NCBI GenBank assembly: GCA_001784555.1
Contig: MFRM01000020.1
Span: 101,733-165,732, forward strand
DNA from: Candidatus Melainabacteria bacterium RIFCSPHIGHO2_02_FULL_34_12
Lineage (GTDB): Bacteria; Cyanobacteriota; Vampirovibrionia; 2-02-FULL-35-15
Direction: 5' to 3'
Length of the DNA: 64,000 nt
Part shown: piece by piece, positions 20,615-31,302 of the stretch
Layout of the letters: the number at the start of each line of letters is the position of its first letter
How positions within the stretch are numbered: position 1 is the stretch's first letter
Translations under genes and position numbers: made by a program
Notes under the pieces: generated by a model
Seen by the model: only the letters and a program-made list of their open reading frames with translations
Told to the model about the DNA's origin: nothing
Database searches by the model: none

Positions 20615-21532
20615 TTATATAATTTTTTCAGCTGCTCTTAATTTTGCGCTTCTTGCCCGTGGATTATCCCTCATTTCATTTTCGGAAGGAATTACTGGCT
20701 TTTTTGTTAAAATCTTAAAACTTTTATTGAACTTTAAAAAGTTTTTTGTAATTCTATCCTCTAATGAGTGAAAAGATATCACAGTTAGTCGGCTCTCGGG
20801 TAAAAGTGGTTCCTGAATAAAACAAAAAAATTGTTCCAAGTTTTCAAGTTCTTTATTTACTTCTATTCTTAAAGCCTGAAAAGTCCTGGTTGCAGGGTGG
20901 ATTTTATAAAATTTGCCTTTAGGATAACAAGATAAAACTAGCCTTGCTAGCTCTACAGTATCCTTTATTTTGCCTTGTCTTTGTCTGATTTCTATGATTT
21001 TTCTTGCAATTCTTCGGGAATACCGTTCTTCTCCATATTTGTAAATAATATCTGCAAGTTCAACTTCACTATATGAGTTTATTACTTTCTCTGCTGTTAA
21101 GCCTTGGCTTTTATCCATTCTCATATCCAAAGAAGCACTTGCTTTAAAGCTAAAACCTCTTTTTGGGTCATCTAATTGCAGTGAATTAACCCCTAGATCT
21201 AGAAGAACTCCGCCTGTTATCTTTTCTATATTTATACTTTTTAGTACTTCTCGTAATTCAGTAAAATCTGAATGGAAAAGATAACAGTTTTTATAACCTT
21301 TTAATCTCTCTTTAGCAATGTTAAGAACTATTTCGTCCTTTTCCAGCCCTATAAGTTTTCCGTTTTCACCAAGCTGTTTAAGAATCTCAATACTGTGTCC
21401 TCCACAACCTAAAGTACAGTCTACATAGATTTTATCTTTTTGAATATTCAGGAATTCAATTACTTCGTTTAATAAGACAGGCTTATGAAGCTGAAAATCA
21501 TTAAAATCTTTATCGTTAATATTATTTTTCAC
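20615..21532 (-). CDS. rsmH: 16S rRNA (cytosine1402-N4)-methyltransferase
   Basis: 305 aa; MraW family, SAM motif VDCTLGCGGHS and DLGVNSLQLDD. Confidence 0.9.
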   Translation of the reverse strand: MKNNINDKDFNDFQLHKPVLLNEVIEFLNIQKDKIYVDCTLGCGGHSIEILKQLGENGKLIGLEKDEIVLNIAKERLKGYKNCYLFHSDFTELREVLKSINIEKITGGVLLDLGVNSLQLDDPKRGFSFKASASLDMRMDKSQGLTAEKVINSYSEVELADIIYKYGEERYSRRIARKIIEIRQRQGKIKDTVELARLVLSCYPKGKFYKIHPATRTFQALRIEVNKELENLEQFFCFIQEPLLPESRLTVISFHSLEDRITKNFLKFNKSFKILTKKPVIPSENEMRDNPRARSAKLRAAEKII

Positions 21533-22454
21533 AAATAAGTTTTAACAGGATTGCTTTTTGAGCATGAAGCCTGTTTTCTGCCTGCCGATAAATAAATTTA
21601 GAATATTTATCAAAAACACTTGCTGATATTTCCTGTTCCTTATGTGCTGGCAGACAATGTAAGACCACTGCATTTTTATCAGCATGTGAAACAAGCTCGT
21701 TATTAATCTGATAAGGAGCAAAATCCTTCTTTCTTTTTTCTGCTTCTTTTTCCTGTCCCATGCTTGCCCATACATCAGTGTAAAGAATATGTGCATTTTT
21801 AGCTGCAGCATGAGCGTCATTTGTAATTTCAATTTTAATTTTTGGATTTAATTTTCTGGCTGTTAGTATAAATTCTTCGCTAGGTTCGTAATTTTTAGGA
21901 GTAGCAATGGATATATTAATATTTGCCAAAGCACAACCCAAAAGCAAACTATGTGCCACGTTATTTCCATCTCCGACATAAGTTAATTTTAATCCATTCA
22001 AGTCTTTAAAAATCTCAGTTATTGTAAAAAGATCTGAAATAATCTGGCAAGGATGTTCTTCATCACTTAAACCATTGATTACAGGTACTAATGAATATTT
22101 GCCAAGTTCTTCAACCTGTTTATGTTCAAATGTTCTTATTACTATTCCACTTACATATCGACTTAGAACATTTGCAATGTCTTCCACGTTTTCCCTGGTA
22201 CCTACGCTTATCTCATCCATTTTAATAGTGACGGGCTGTCCACCAAGCTGATTAATTCCAACTTCAAAACTAACTCTTGTTCTAAGGCTTGGTTTTGCAA
22301 ATATCAGTGCAATGCTTTTTCCTGAGAGTGCATCTGATTTTAAGTGAGGATTTGATTTTATGTTTTTAGTTAAACTTAATAATTCTTGTAACCAATCTGA
22401 TGTAATATCAGCTATGCTTATAAGATCAGTTTTTTTGGTTTTTATCTCAGGCAT
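21522..22454 (-). CDS. argF: ornithine carbamoyltransferase
   Basis: 310 aa; S-L-R-T-R carbamoyl-phosphate site, DVWASMG, HCLPA ornithine-binding motif. Confidence 0.85.
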   Translation of the reverse strand: MPEIKTKKTDLISIADITSDWLQELLSLTKNIKSNPHLKSDALSGKSIALIFAKPSLRTRVSFEVGINQLGGQPVTIKMDEISVGTRENVEDIANVLSRYVSGIVIRTFEHKQVEELGKYSLVPVINGLSDEEHPCQIISDLFTITEIFKDLNGLKLTYVGDGNNVAHSLLLGCALANINISIATPKNYEPSEEFILTARKLNPKIKIEITNDAHAAAKNAHILYTDVWASMGQEKEAEKRKKDFAPYQINNELVSHADKNAVVLHCLPAHKEQEISASVFDKYSKFIYRQAENRLHAQKAILLKLICEK

Positions 22455-22473
22455 TTTACTATTTTACTATCCT

Positions 22474-23628
22474 TTATTTAGTGATTTTCACTATTTTTAC
22501 GCCAGAATAATAATGTGTAAGAATTTGTTCATAAGTTAAGCCTTTTTCAGCTAGTGCCTTAGAGCCCCATTGTGAAAGCCCTAGTCCATGCCCGTACCCT
22601 CTTCCAGCAAATTTCACAACGTCTTTTTCAATCTTTAGATTAAATTTAGAACTTGGTAATTTTAAAGCTCTTCTAAGCTCTTCACCTCTTAGTTTTTTTT
22701 GTCCTTTGATACCAATCACATTAAGCCACATGATTCTGTTTGCAACACTTTTAGAAATAGGAATTATATCTTTTATTTCTCCTATATTTAAATCCTTTAA
22801 AAGATTATTAATTTCGTTTTTTGAATAATTTCTATACCATTGAAAATGAGGGGAGTTATCATCATAGTCTGGTCTGGGCTTTATATGTTCTGATGGTTTT
22901 TCATTCCATAAATTCTCAATGCTGTCAGTGTAACCGCCGCCACTTGAATGATATAAAGCAATTAAAGGTTTACCGTCTTTGCCTAAAAGAATAATTCCTT
23001 CAGTTTCTTTTACTGCATTTGTAGTGGATTTTTTTTCAGAAGAAATGCCCAGATATACCTGATCCTCTACACTGGATTCAAGATCATAGCCTTTACTTTT
23101 TCGCCTTCCCATATATCCGTAAGAATAAGATCTTGCTGCTACTGCCTGTGCTTTTAAGGCTTCTTTATGCCATTTGTTTGGTATTTCAGAAGGTACTACG
23201 CTGAGTAAATAATCTTCGATGTCTACATTATTTGCTACTGTAATATTTTTTTTGTCTCCATTAGTAAATATTATTAATCTTCCGCGATACCAGCGATCAT
23301 TACAGAAAACCAAACCTTTGTCCGGAATAAGCTCTATAGGTCCTGTAAAGCTGCCTATACTTGCATCAGTTAATTTATTTGTAATGCTGATAACACCATT
23401 TACGGTTTTTATCAGATAAGTTTCCATTTTTCTTATTTTAATTATTTCTTTGTTCGTGAAGATATTAATAAGTCTTGAGTTGGTGTCAGATCCTATTTTT
23501 ATATTTTGATCAGAGGTAATCAAGCCTATTTTTATGTTCATGCTTATTGCAGGAACATAAGAAGTAAAGCAAAATAAGCCAATAAAAAACAAGAAGTTAA
23601 ATAAAATATTTTTTAATTGGGTTTTCAT
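22474..23628 (-). CDS. SpoIID/LytB-domain protein (amidase enhancer / lytic transglycosylase family)
   Basis: 384 aa; signal peptide; VVPSEIP..W..EALKAQAVAARSY SpoIID signature. Confidence 0.8.
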   Translation of the reverse strand: MKTQLKNILFNFLFFIGLFCFTSYVPAISMNIKIGLITSDQNIKIGSDTNSRLINIFTNKEIIKIRKMETYLIKTVNGVISITNKLTDASIGSFTGPIELIPDKGLVFCNDRWYRGRLIIFTNGDKKNITVANNVDIEDYLLSVVPSEIPNKWHKEALKAQAVAARSYSYGYMGRRKSKGYDLESSVEDQVYLGISSEKKSTTNAVKETEGIILLGKDGKPLIALYHSSGGGYTDSIENLWNEKPSEHIKPRPDYDDNSPHFQWYRNYSKNEINNLLKDLNIGEIKDIIPISKSVANRIMWLNVIGIKGQKKLRGEELRRALKLPSSKFNLKIEKDVVKFAGRGYGHGLGLSQWGSKALAEKGLTYEQILTHYYSGVKIVKITK

Positions 23629-23864
23629 TTTCTTAGAATTAAGCCCAGCAAAAGGCTTAAAATTATGCTTAATATAATTGATGTTGCTAGCGGAAAATAA
23701 AATGTAAAGTTTCCCTTTTGAATAAGAATATCGCCAGGAAGTTTTCCTAAGCCAATCCCAAGTTTCCCTAAGAAAAATAAGATACTCCCGCAGATAAGAA
23801 AAAAAACTCCAAAAAAAATAAAATATTTTGCTAATGAGGTCAAATCCATGATGGTTACTTGCAA
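23625..23864 (-). CDS. DUF2905 small membrane protein
   Basis: 79 aa; two TM helices flanking GKLPGDI..QKGNF.FYFP motif. Confidence 0.6.
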   Translation of the reverse strand: MQVTIMDLTSLAKYFIFFGVFFLICGSILFFLGKLGIGLGKLPGDILIQKGNFTFYFPLATSIILSIILSLLLGLILRK

Positions 23865-25315
23865 CTAGAAGCCCAGCAAAGGTTTAAGCTTCTTGCAGCA
23901 TGAGCTTCATCAACTCTTCCTACTGGTGTATTATATGGTGCGCCATTTACAAGTTCTGGATTTGATATAGCTTCAGCAGCTACTTGTTTCATAATTTCAA
24001 TAAATCTGTCCAGTTCTTCTTTTGATTCTGTTTCAGTAGGCTCAATCATTATTGCTTCCTGTACTACTAGCGGGAAATAAACCGTAGGTGAATGTACTCC
24101 AAAATCCAGAAGCCTTTTTGCAATTGCCAGAGTGCTTACACCGTGTTTTTTTTGTCTTTTACCCGAGAGAACAAATTCATGCATGCAGTCTATGTCATAG
24201 GGCAAATCATAATCTTTTTTTAAATTTTCTTTCATATAATTTGCATTTAGTACTGCATCTTTACTTACCTGATTAAGTCCTTCTTTTCCGTTTGCCCAGA
24301 TATAAGCTAATGCTCTGACAAACATTCCAAAATTACCGTAATATCCTTTCACTTTTCCTATGGAATCTTTTCTGTCATAATCCCAATAAAAGACTCCGTC
24401 TTTTGATTTGCTTAGAATAGGAATTGGTAAACAAGGTTCTAATTTTTCATTACAGCAGACCACGCCTGCTCCAGGTCCGCCGCCGCCGTGCGGAGTAGAA
24501 AAAGTTTTATGTAAATTAAGGTGACAAACATCAAATCCCATATCTCCTGGTCTGGCTATGCCCATGATGGCATTTAAGTTTGCACCGTCATAGTATTGAA
24601 GAGCTCCAGCTTGGTGAACAAGTTTAGTGATGGTAAGAATATCTTCTTCAAAGATTCCAAGAGTATTTGGATTTGTAAGCATTATTGCAGCAGTGGTTTC
24701 ATCCAGGTTACTTTTAAGCGAATCTAGATCTACCTGTCCTTTATTGTTTGATTTAAGTTCTACCACTGTAAAATTACACATGCTGGCTGTAGCTGGATTT
24801 GTGCCATGAGCAGTATCAGGTACTAGTACCTTTGTTCTTTTTTTATCACCTTTTTTTTCAAAGTATTTCTTTATCATCAGAAGTCCGGTTAATTCTCCAT
24901 GAGCACCTGCTGCTGGTTGCAATGTTATAGCTTTAAAGCCGCTGATTTCTTTTAAGTACTCACTTAAGATAAACATTATTTCAAGTGCGCCTTGAACCTG
25001 GTCTTCTGGTTGTAATGGATGAAGGTTTGAAAGTCTTTCAAATCTTGATACAAGTTCATTTATTTTAGGGTTATATTTCATGGTACAGGAGCCAAGGGGA
25101 TAAAATCCTTTGTCAATTGAAAAGTTTTTACTTGCAAGTTCTGAAAAATGCCTTATTAATTCAAGCTCTGATACTTCGGGTAGGTTCAGTTTTTCTCTTC
25201 TAATATAATTTTCAGGTATAAGATCTAAGATAGGTTTTGAAGGTTCATTTTCTGCCTGAGGTACGTTTGCGCAGATTCTGCCGGGTTTTGATTTTTCGAA
25301 GATGAGTTTGGACAT
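23855..25315 (-). CDS. gcvPB: glycine dehydrogenase (decarboxylating) subunit 2
   Basis: Start moved to [13 protein letters not shown]; [19 protein letters not shown] region; no gcvPA/T/H adjacent. Confidence 0.88.
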   Translation of the reverse strand: MSKLIFEKSKPGRICANVPQAENEPSKPILDLIPENYIRREKLNLPEVSELELIRHFSELASKNFSIDKGFYPLGSCTMKYNPKINELVSRFERLSNLHPLQPEDQVQGALEIMFILSEYLKEISGFKAITLQPAAGAHGELTGLLMIKKYFEKKGDKKRTKVLVPDTAHGTNPATASMCNFTVVELKSNNKGQVDLDSLKSNLDETTAAIMLTNPNTLGIFEEDILTITKLVHQAGALQYYDGANLNAIMGIARPGDMGFDVCHLNLHKTFSTPHGGGGPGAGVVCCNEKLEPCLPIPILSKSKDGVFYWDYDRKDSIGKVKGYYGNFGMFVRALAYIWANGKEGLNQVSKDAVLNANYMKENLKKDYDLPYDIDCMHEFVLSGKRQKKHGVSTLAIAKRLLDFGVHSPTVYFPLVVQEAIMIEPTETESKEELDRFIEIMKQVAAEAISNPELVNGAPYNTPVGRVDEAHAARSLNLCWASSCK

Positions 25316-25352
25316 AAAATTCTTAAATGCTATGAGCTTATATTTTAACTTG

Positions 25353-25377
25353 AAGGCGAGGTTATCAACCTCGCCTT
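25353..25377. other. GC-rich hairpin AAGGCGAGGTT-ATC-AACCTCGCCTT in the gcvPB 5' region
   Basis: 11-bp perfect arms, 38 bp upstream of the gcvPB start on the - strand; a TTTT run follows on the + strand. Confidence 0.5.
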
Positions 25378-25548
25378 TTAAACAACTCAAGTGATCTTGT
25401 GAAAATAAAATGTATATATCTATTGCAGGATTTTTAAATGAAATTCATTGATTCCTACGTAACATTTTGAGAACATTTATCAATAGAGGCTTAATCTGAG
25501 AAAGATTTTCAGTAATAATAATTATTTGAGAAAGACTATCAATAAATT

Positions 25549-26697
25549 ATGCCCATAGCTACGCGACAAGTATTAGTTCTTCGAGAAGCTTTTAATAAAG
25601 CTGGGAAAATGATTTCTTCCAGGAGTAGTCCATTAATTCATGGCCTGAGTTCACAACAATTTACTGCTGAATTAGGAGATGGATATTTCAGAGCACAAAA
25701 TAATTTTCCATGGAGTCCAGGGATAGCAGCTGCAGCAATTGAAACAGCAGGAGCAGGAGCACTTTTAAAATGTTTTCCTGGGATAACAACAAAAGTTAAT
25801 CTTGCTACAACACTAATTGAATTTGTAAATGCAGCTGTTTCAAATTCAAAAAAAATCCCTAAACTTATAAAAGAAGATTTTCTTGCATGGTTACAAGTTA
25901 TTGCTGGGATTTCAGGTTTTATTGGAGTAATAAAAGAAAATTTATTTGATAGTCAAAAACATGATTTCAGCCGTGTTCCTTTTTGGGAAAAAGTAGGTTT
26001 AAGTGTTGCTTCTGCTTTTAATGTATTTTCAATGGCTTCAGGTGCCATTGAAAAAAGTTTATTATCCATGGTTTGTAAAAATAGGGACGAAGACAATGAA
26101 CTAAGATCAATCCCTGAATATAGAACAAGCCGATCTTCTGCTCAAAGTGACAGAAGGTGCCAGTATGAATGGTTTGGAATGGCTTTACTTCCCTGGCTGT
26201 ATAACTTTACATGGTTAAAAAAAGTAGCTGATGTTTTAATATCTTACTTTGCTCTTAAGGAAGGCTGTGAAACATTTGCTGAGCGTATTGATAAGGGTGA
26301 AGTAATGTTCCCTTTTCTTCCCGAAAAGTGGCAAGGAGAGAAATTAAAAGGACTTGTGAAATTTTCAGATGATCCCTTTTTCTTTCTTAGAAAAGAAGAT
26401 AAAGAAAAAAATGACTACAAACTTCTTTGGCCTTATGATAGGTTTATAGAATTTTTAATAGGTACAGAATCAGATGAAAATGGCCCAGGGAGTAGTGGTT
26501 TTAGAAATTATTGCATAGCTCCAATGTTTAGTTTTTTTGGATGTAAAGATCTGCCTCATTATTACCTCGATAATGATGGGAATATAATTGTTGAATTTGA
26601 AGAACAGGACAATTCGTTTGGAAATGAAGGACCAATGATTGCAGGAAGTGTTCCTGCTACTGAATCACTTAGATATGCTGGTGGCGTAGGGAGATAA
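25549..26697 (+). CDS. lineage-specific hypothetical protein (382 aa)
   Basis: Clean ORF; Ala/Gly-rich hydrophobic stretch near residues 55-100; no recognisable domain. Confidence 0.55.
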   Translation: MPIATRQVLVLREAFNKAGKMISSRSSPLIHGLSSQQFTAELGDGYFRAQNNFPWSPGIAAAAIETAGAGALLKCFPGITTKVNLATTLIEFVNAAVSNSKKIPKLIKEDFLAWLQVIAGISGFIGVIKENLFDSQKHDFSRVPFWEKVGLSVASAFNVFSMASGAIEKSLLSMVCKNRDEDNELRSIPEYRTSRSSAQSDRRCQYEWFGMALLPWLYNFTWLKKVADVLISYFALKEGCETFAERIDKGEVMFPFLPEKWQGEKLKGLVKFSDDPFFFLRKEDKEKNDYKLLWPYDRFIEFLIGTESDENGPGSSGFRNYCIAPMFSFFGCKDLPHYYLDNDGNIIVEFEEQDNSFGNEGPMIAGSVPATESLRYAGGVGR

Positions 26698-26699
26698 AT

Positions 26700-27173
26700 C
26701 TAATAACGATAATGTGCAAAGGCTTTATTTGCTTCTGCCATTTTATGTGTATCTTCTTTTTTCTTAACAGCAGTTCCTTGTCCGTTAAATGCATCTGATA
26801 ATTCACTGGCAAGTTTTTCACTAAATGATTTTCCTGATCTGCTTTTGGCTGCATTTATAAGCCATCTGGATCCAAGTGATTCACCTTCAAATTGACCTAC
26901 TTCAATAGGTACCTGATATGTACTTCCACCTATTCTTCGGGCTTTAACTTTTACAAGCGGGGTAACATTTCGAATTGCTTTTTTGAATATTTCTATTGGT
27001 TCTTGTTTTGTTTTTTCTTTTACAAGATCAAAAGAACTATAAACTATTCTTTGCGCAGTGGATTTTTTACCGTTTCTCATTACACGATTTATAAATCTTT
27101 GAACCTGTGTGCTTTTAAATTTTGAATCTGGTTCAACTGGTTTTCTTTTTTCGTAATCGCCTTTACGGGTCAT
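26700..27173 (-). CDS. rpsG: 30S ribosomal protein S7
   Basis: 157 aa; ...GKKSTAQRIVY...RRIGGSTYQVPIEV...KAFAHYRY. Confidence 0.95.
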   Translation of the reverse strand: MTRKGDYEKRKPVEPDSKFKSTQVQRFINRVMRNGKKSTAQRIVYSSFDLVKEKTKQEPIEIFKKAIRNVTPLVKVKARRIGGSTYQVPIEVGQFEGESLGSRWLINAAKSRSGKSFSEKLASELSDAFNGQGTAVKKKEDTHKMAEANKAFAHYRY

Positions 27174-27186
27174 ATTTTATATTCCT

Positions 27187-27588
27187 CTATTTTGCTGCTG
27201 GTGTTTTTCCTGGCGTGCCTTGTTCGAGCTTAGTTCCATATTTTGAACGACTTTGTTTTCTATCTTTTACGCCTTGTGTGTCAAGAGTACCTCTTACGAT
27301 ATGGTATCTGACACCAGGTAAATCTTTTACCCTTCCTCCACGAATTAATACCACTGAGTGTTCCTGTAGATTGTGTCCGACTCCTGGAATGTAAGCAGTA
27401 ACTTCAGCTCCATTGGTTAACTTTACACGTGCAATTTTTCTTAAAGCTGAATTTGGTTTTTTTGGTGTGGTAGTTTTAACCTGTGTACAAACACCTCTTT
27501 TCTGAGGACAACTCTGTAGTGCAGGTGATTTTGTTTTTACCGTTATTTTTTTTCTTTTTTTAGAGACTAACTGATTAACTGTGGGCAT
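27187..27588 (-). CDS. rpsL: 30S ribosomal protein S12 (with short C-terminal extension)
   Basis: 133 aa; MPTVNQLV...[10 protein letters not shown]...[13 protein letters not shown]; no fusA/tuf follows. Confidence 0.95.
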   Translation of the reverse strand: MPTVNQLVSKKRKKITVKTKSPALQSCPQKRGVCTQVKTTTPKKPNSALRKIARVKLTNGAEVTAYIPGVGHNLQEHSVVLIRGGRVKDLPGVRYHIVRGTLDTQGVKDRKQSRSKYGTKLEQGTPGKTPAAK

Positions 27589-27972
27589 CTTATTTCCTTA
27601 CTTTAAATAAACCCGCAAAGTAAAATACTACAATGCTTTACTGGTTTTTTGTCAAATATCTGAAGAGAGATAATCAGAGGCAGATTTTAGATAAAAGTTA
27701 AAATTATATTCAAAAATATTAAAAAATCCTCATTTTTATTGGTATTTTGACACATAAGCCCTATTATATGACCAGGGGAATATATAAAAGCTAGTCTTAC
27801 AAATCATATGTGCAAAATGTAAATTAAGTGTGAATTGTAATTATAATCATGACTAAATATAGGATAAATAAAACGGTTATTAAGAAAGGTTTTGTCCGAC
27901 TTGTTCGGCAAAACCTGGTTAATGGGAAGTGTAAATTGCCAAGAGCACTTTGCAAAGCCGGCGAAGTGAATT

Positions 27973-29145
27973 ATGAACGAGCCGGCGGTGAAAAAAAATA
28001 TGAGTTATAAACCTGAACAATTACTTAATGCAATAGTTAACTGTTCCCCAGATGGGTATGTAGCTTCAGATGAATTTGGCAAAATAACTTTTGTTAATGA
28101 AATCATAGAAAAAATCACTGGCTGGACGCATAAAGAACTTCTTGGTCAGGAAGTGGCAAAATTTTATTCTTTGCCTGAGAGTTTAATAAGTAGTCTCTCA
28201 AGCGGTGAACCTGTTTCAGTGCCGCAGGCAGCAATTTTATTTCGGAGAGATGGAAAAAAAATCACATTGCGTGCAAGACAAATCGAGATAAGAGAAACTA
28301 ATAAAAATAAAAATGACCAAAAATTTTGTGGCTATCTGACAATCTTTCATACTGAATATCCGACAGGTTCTAGTGCTGATAGGGCTCAGGTAGAGTTTGT
28401 AAGTACTGTAAGCCATGAATTAAGAACCCCGTTAACCAGCATTAAAGGCTTTGCTGAAACATTGCTTAGATCCTGGAGTATACTGGCTGAAGAAAATAAA
28501 AATAAATATATAACCATTATTAAGGAGCAAGCAGATAGACTCATAAGACTGGTAGAAGACTTATTGGCTGTATCAAGACTTGAATCACATAATTTTCAGC
28601 TTACAGTCAGAGCACTGGATTTAAAAAAGTATGTAAACAAAGTATGTGAATCACTCTCTGCAAAAAGTAAAAATCATAAAATCATACAAAAAATCGAAAA
28701 TGATATTCCAAATGTCTGGGCTGATGCAGATCGCCTTGAACAAATACTTACAAACTTAATTGATAATGCAATTAAATATTCACCGAATGGTTCTTCTGTA
28801 ACCATCGTGGGTTCATCACTTTTAAATGATCAAGGTTTAAAGGACAAACTTAAAATTCAAATCACTGATCAGGGAATAGGGATAAGTCAGACAGACCAGG
28901 AAAAAATATTCAGTAAGTTCGGAAGACTAGATAATCCACTTACCAGGCAAACACAGGGCACTGGACTTGGGTTATTTATTACAAAATCTCTTGTACTTGC
29001 TTTAAAAGGAGATATAAGTGTTAGTAGCAAGCCAGGAGAAACTACTTTTACTGTAATTCTTCCAGCTGTTATTAGTAGCCAGGCAATTCCACTTGGAGCA
29101 GGCAGTGATTTAAAAGTAAGTGAGTTAGAAAATAAACAAATATGA
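27973..29145 (+). CDS. soluble sensor histidine kinase with N-terminal PAS domain
   Basis: 390 aa; no TM; PAS (..GKITFVNE..TGW..ELLGQ); H-box SHELRTPL; N, G1, G2 boxes. Confidence 0.85.
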   Translation: MNEPAVKKNMSYKPEQLLNAIVNCSPDGYVASDEFGKITFVNEIIEKITGWTHKELLGQEVAKFYSLPESLISSLSSGEPVSVPQAAILFRRDGKKITLRARQIEIRETNKNKNDQKFCGYLTIFHTEYPTGSSADRAQVEFVSTVSHELRTPLTSIKGFAETLLRSWSILAEENKNKYITIIKEQADRLIRLVEDLLAVSRLESHNFQLTVRALDLKKYVNKVCESLSAKSKNHKIIQKIENDIPNVWADADRLEQILTNLIDNAIKYSPNGSSVTIVGSSLLNDQGLKDKLKIQITDQGIGISQTDQEKIFSKFGRLDNPLTRQTQGTGLGLFITKSLVLALKGDISVSSKPGETTFTVILPAVISSQAIPLGAGSDLKVSELENKQI

Positions 29146-30479
29146 GTTCAGTTCAACTTACAACCAGAGTCCTTATAGTTACCAGGGAAGAAAATCAGCC
29201 TGTAATGATGGCTTTGGAGCAGGCAGGATTTAAGGTTGAAAAGGTAGACAATATTACTAAAGCTGAAAATATATTAAAGTCTCTTCGACCGGATTTAATA
29301 TTGCTTTACAGCGATATGACCGGTGATCATGGACAACATTTTTGTACTTTTATTAAATCTGTTGAAATTAATCCCCGCCCTATTATTGTTTTTTTAGTGC
29401 ATGAAAATAATCCAGACGAAAGAATAGAAGTCTTAAGAGCTGGAGCAGATGATGTAATTTCTTATCCAATTTCCGGCAAAGAAATTGCATTCCGAATAAT
29501 GGCTCACATCCGCAGAAGACAGGAGACTCACGTTAATTTACTTACCGGACTTCCAGACGGTGTAATAGCAAATAATTTAATAGAACATTGCATAGCTGAG
29601 GTAGATAATTGGGCAGTGCTTTCAATTGATCTTGATAATTTAAGAGTTTATAACGAAACATATGGTGAGAGCAGAGGAGATCAAATGATTAAAGCACTAG
29701 CAGCAGTACTTAAATCTGTTTTAACTCCAGATGATTTTCTTGCTCACAGAGACAGTGATGATTTTATTCTTGTAGCACGTACTGAAAATCCTGAAGCTGT
29801 AGCTGAAGAAATATGCAGAAGATTTGATTTTATAGGACCACGTTTTTATACTCAGGAAGATGCTTCACGAGGATATGTAATTGGAGTTGGTCCAAAAGGT
29901 ATTAGGAGAAGAGTCCCTCTTGTTTCCATAAGTATAGGAGTTACTGCTAAAGGACGAAGAAAATTTTCAAGTGCAGTTGAAGTTTTACAGGTAGCACGTG
30001 ATATGAGATATCTGGCAAAAAGCAAGATTGGATCTGACTGGGTAAGTGACAGATTAAGACTTGCAGCAAATGAGACTGTGAAAAAAGACAACAGAATAAA
30101 AATACTAGTAGTTGAACCGGATGCATCCATGTCTCTTTTATTAAAGGATACACTGGAAATGGAAGGTTATTTTGTAGAAGTATCTCATAGTGCTCATGAG
30201 GCATGGACACTTACAAATAAATGGCAGCCGGAATTAATTTTGCTTGAAACAGATATGCCTTACGGTGAATTTGATGGGTGGGAATTAACTAGTAAAGTAA
30301 AACAAAACCCTCAACTGGCAAGAATATGGATTATTATGACCACTAAAAATTCAGATCATACCAGAGCGCTTGAGTGTGGTGCAGATCTTTATCTTCCAAA
30401 ACCTTATGAACTTCAGGTACTTTTTTCAGAGATAAGATATTTACTCAGAACCAGAATCAAATCGAGCATTTTACTTTAA
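29142..30479 (+). CDS. response regulator REC - degenerate GGDEF - REC
   Basis: 445 aa; ATGA overlap with kinase gene; two receiver domains (conserved Asp in LILLYSDMTGD and LILLETDMPYGEFDG); central GGDEF-like fold with RDSDDF in place of GGDEF. Confidence 0.75.
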   Translation: MSSVQLTTRVLIVTREENQPVMMALEQAGFKVEKVDNITKAENILKSLRPDLILLYSDMTGDHGQHFCTFIKSVEINPRPIIVFLVHENNPDERIEVLRAGADDVISYPISGKEIAFRIMAHIRRRQETHVNLLTGLPDGVIANNLIEHCIAEVDNWAVLSIDLDNLRVYNETYGESRGDQMIKALAAVLKSVLTPDDFLAHRDSDDFILVARTENPEAVAEEICRRFDFIGPRFYTQEDASRGYVIGVGPKGIRRRVPLVSISIGVTAKGRRKFSSAVEVLQVARDMRYLAKSKIGSDWVSDRLRLAANETVKKDNRIKILVVEPDASMSLLLKDTLEMEGYFVEVSHSAHEAWTLTNKWQPELILLETDMPYGEFDGWELTSKVKQNPQLARIWIIMTTKNSDHTRALECGADLYLPKPYELQVLFSEIRYLLRTRIKSSILL

Positions 30480-30599
30480 CAGGATTTATGCAAAAGAGTG
30501 AGCAGTGATAGGGCATCCGAAGCCTGCGTGTGCCTTGTGTGCACAAGCAGGCGAAGTGGTGCCTTATCCTGTGAACTTTGCATAAATCACATTTGAGAT

Positions 30600-31094
30600 T
30601 TAGTCGTCAGAACTTGCTAGTTTAAAATCTGAGGCTTTAACATTCTGTAAAAAGCTTTTAAATGCTTCAGTGTCTTCATCGTCAGACTCCATTTCAGTAG
30701 GTATAGTACCGTCTGCAAAAACTTTTTCAGAAATCATAATAGGACAATTTACTCTTAATGAAACTGCAATTGCATCGCTTGGTCTTGAATCAACAGGGAT
30801 CATTTCCCCTATTTTATTTTCAAGAATAATAGAAGAGAAATAAGTATTTTCATTTAAGTCATTTATTTCTATGTGATGTATTTTATGTCCGGTTCCTTCA
30901 ATAATATTAATAATGAGATCATGTGTCAGTGGTCTTTCTGGTTTAAATCCTTCAAGTGCTCTTGCAATAGCCTGTGCTTCTGCATGCCCTATCCATATCG
31001 GAAGAGCACGTTTTTTTGATTCGTCATTTAAAATAACCAGTGGGTGGTTATTTCTAACGTCAAGTGCAATTCCTGTTACAAACATTTCAATCAT
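30600..31094 (-). CDS. bifunctional nuclease family protein (BFN/DUF151) with acidic C-terminal tail
   Basis: 164 aa; ...PIWIGHAEAQAIA...THDL... core. Confidence 0.65.
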   Translation of the reverse strand: MIEMFVTGIALDVRNNHPLVILNDESKKRALPIWIGHAEAQAIARALEGFKPERPLTHDLIINIIEGTGHKIHHIEINDLNENTYFSSIILENKIGEMIPVDSRPSDAIAVSLRVNCPIMISEKVFADGTIPTEMESDDEDTEAFKSFLQNVKASDFKLASSDD

Positions 31095-31302
31095 TATTAG
31101 TTACCTTAAAATATGTTTCATTACGATTTTACTTTAATTCGACAAAAACATCATAATCTAAAGAACCTTTAAGAAATTGATTTTTAACTATATTCCCTAA
31201 AATAGCTTAAAACCCTCTATTTTACTTGTTCTTAAGGTTTGGAAGGGATTTGAGGCATAAATGATATATATTTAAATATTCTAAACTTACAAAACAATAT
31301 GG

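Noticed and set aside
30480-30599. GC-rich convergent spacer with TGTGCACA core as a terminator
   Set aside because: Only a 6-bp stem (GCCTGC/GCAGGC) and no T-run on either strand; kept only as a possible relative of the palindrome family, not annotated.
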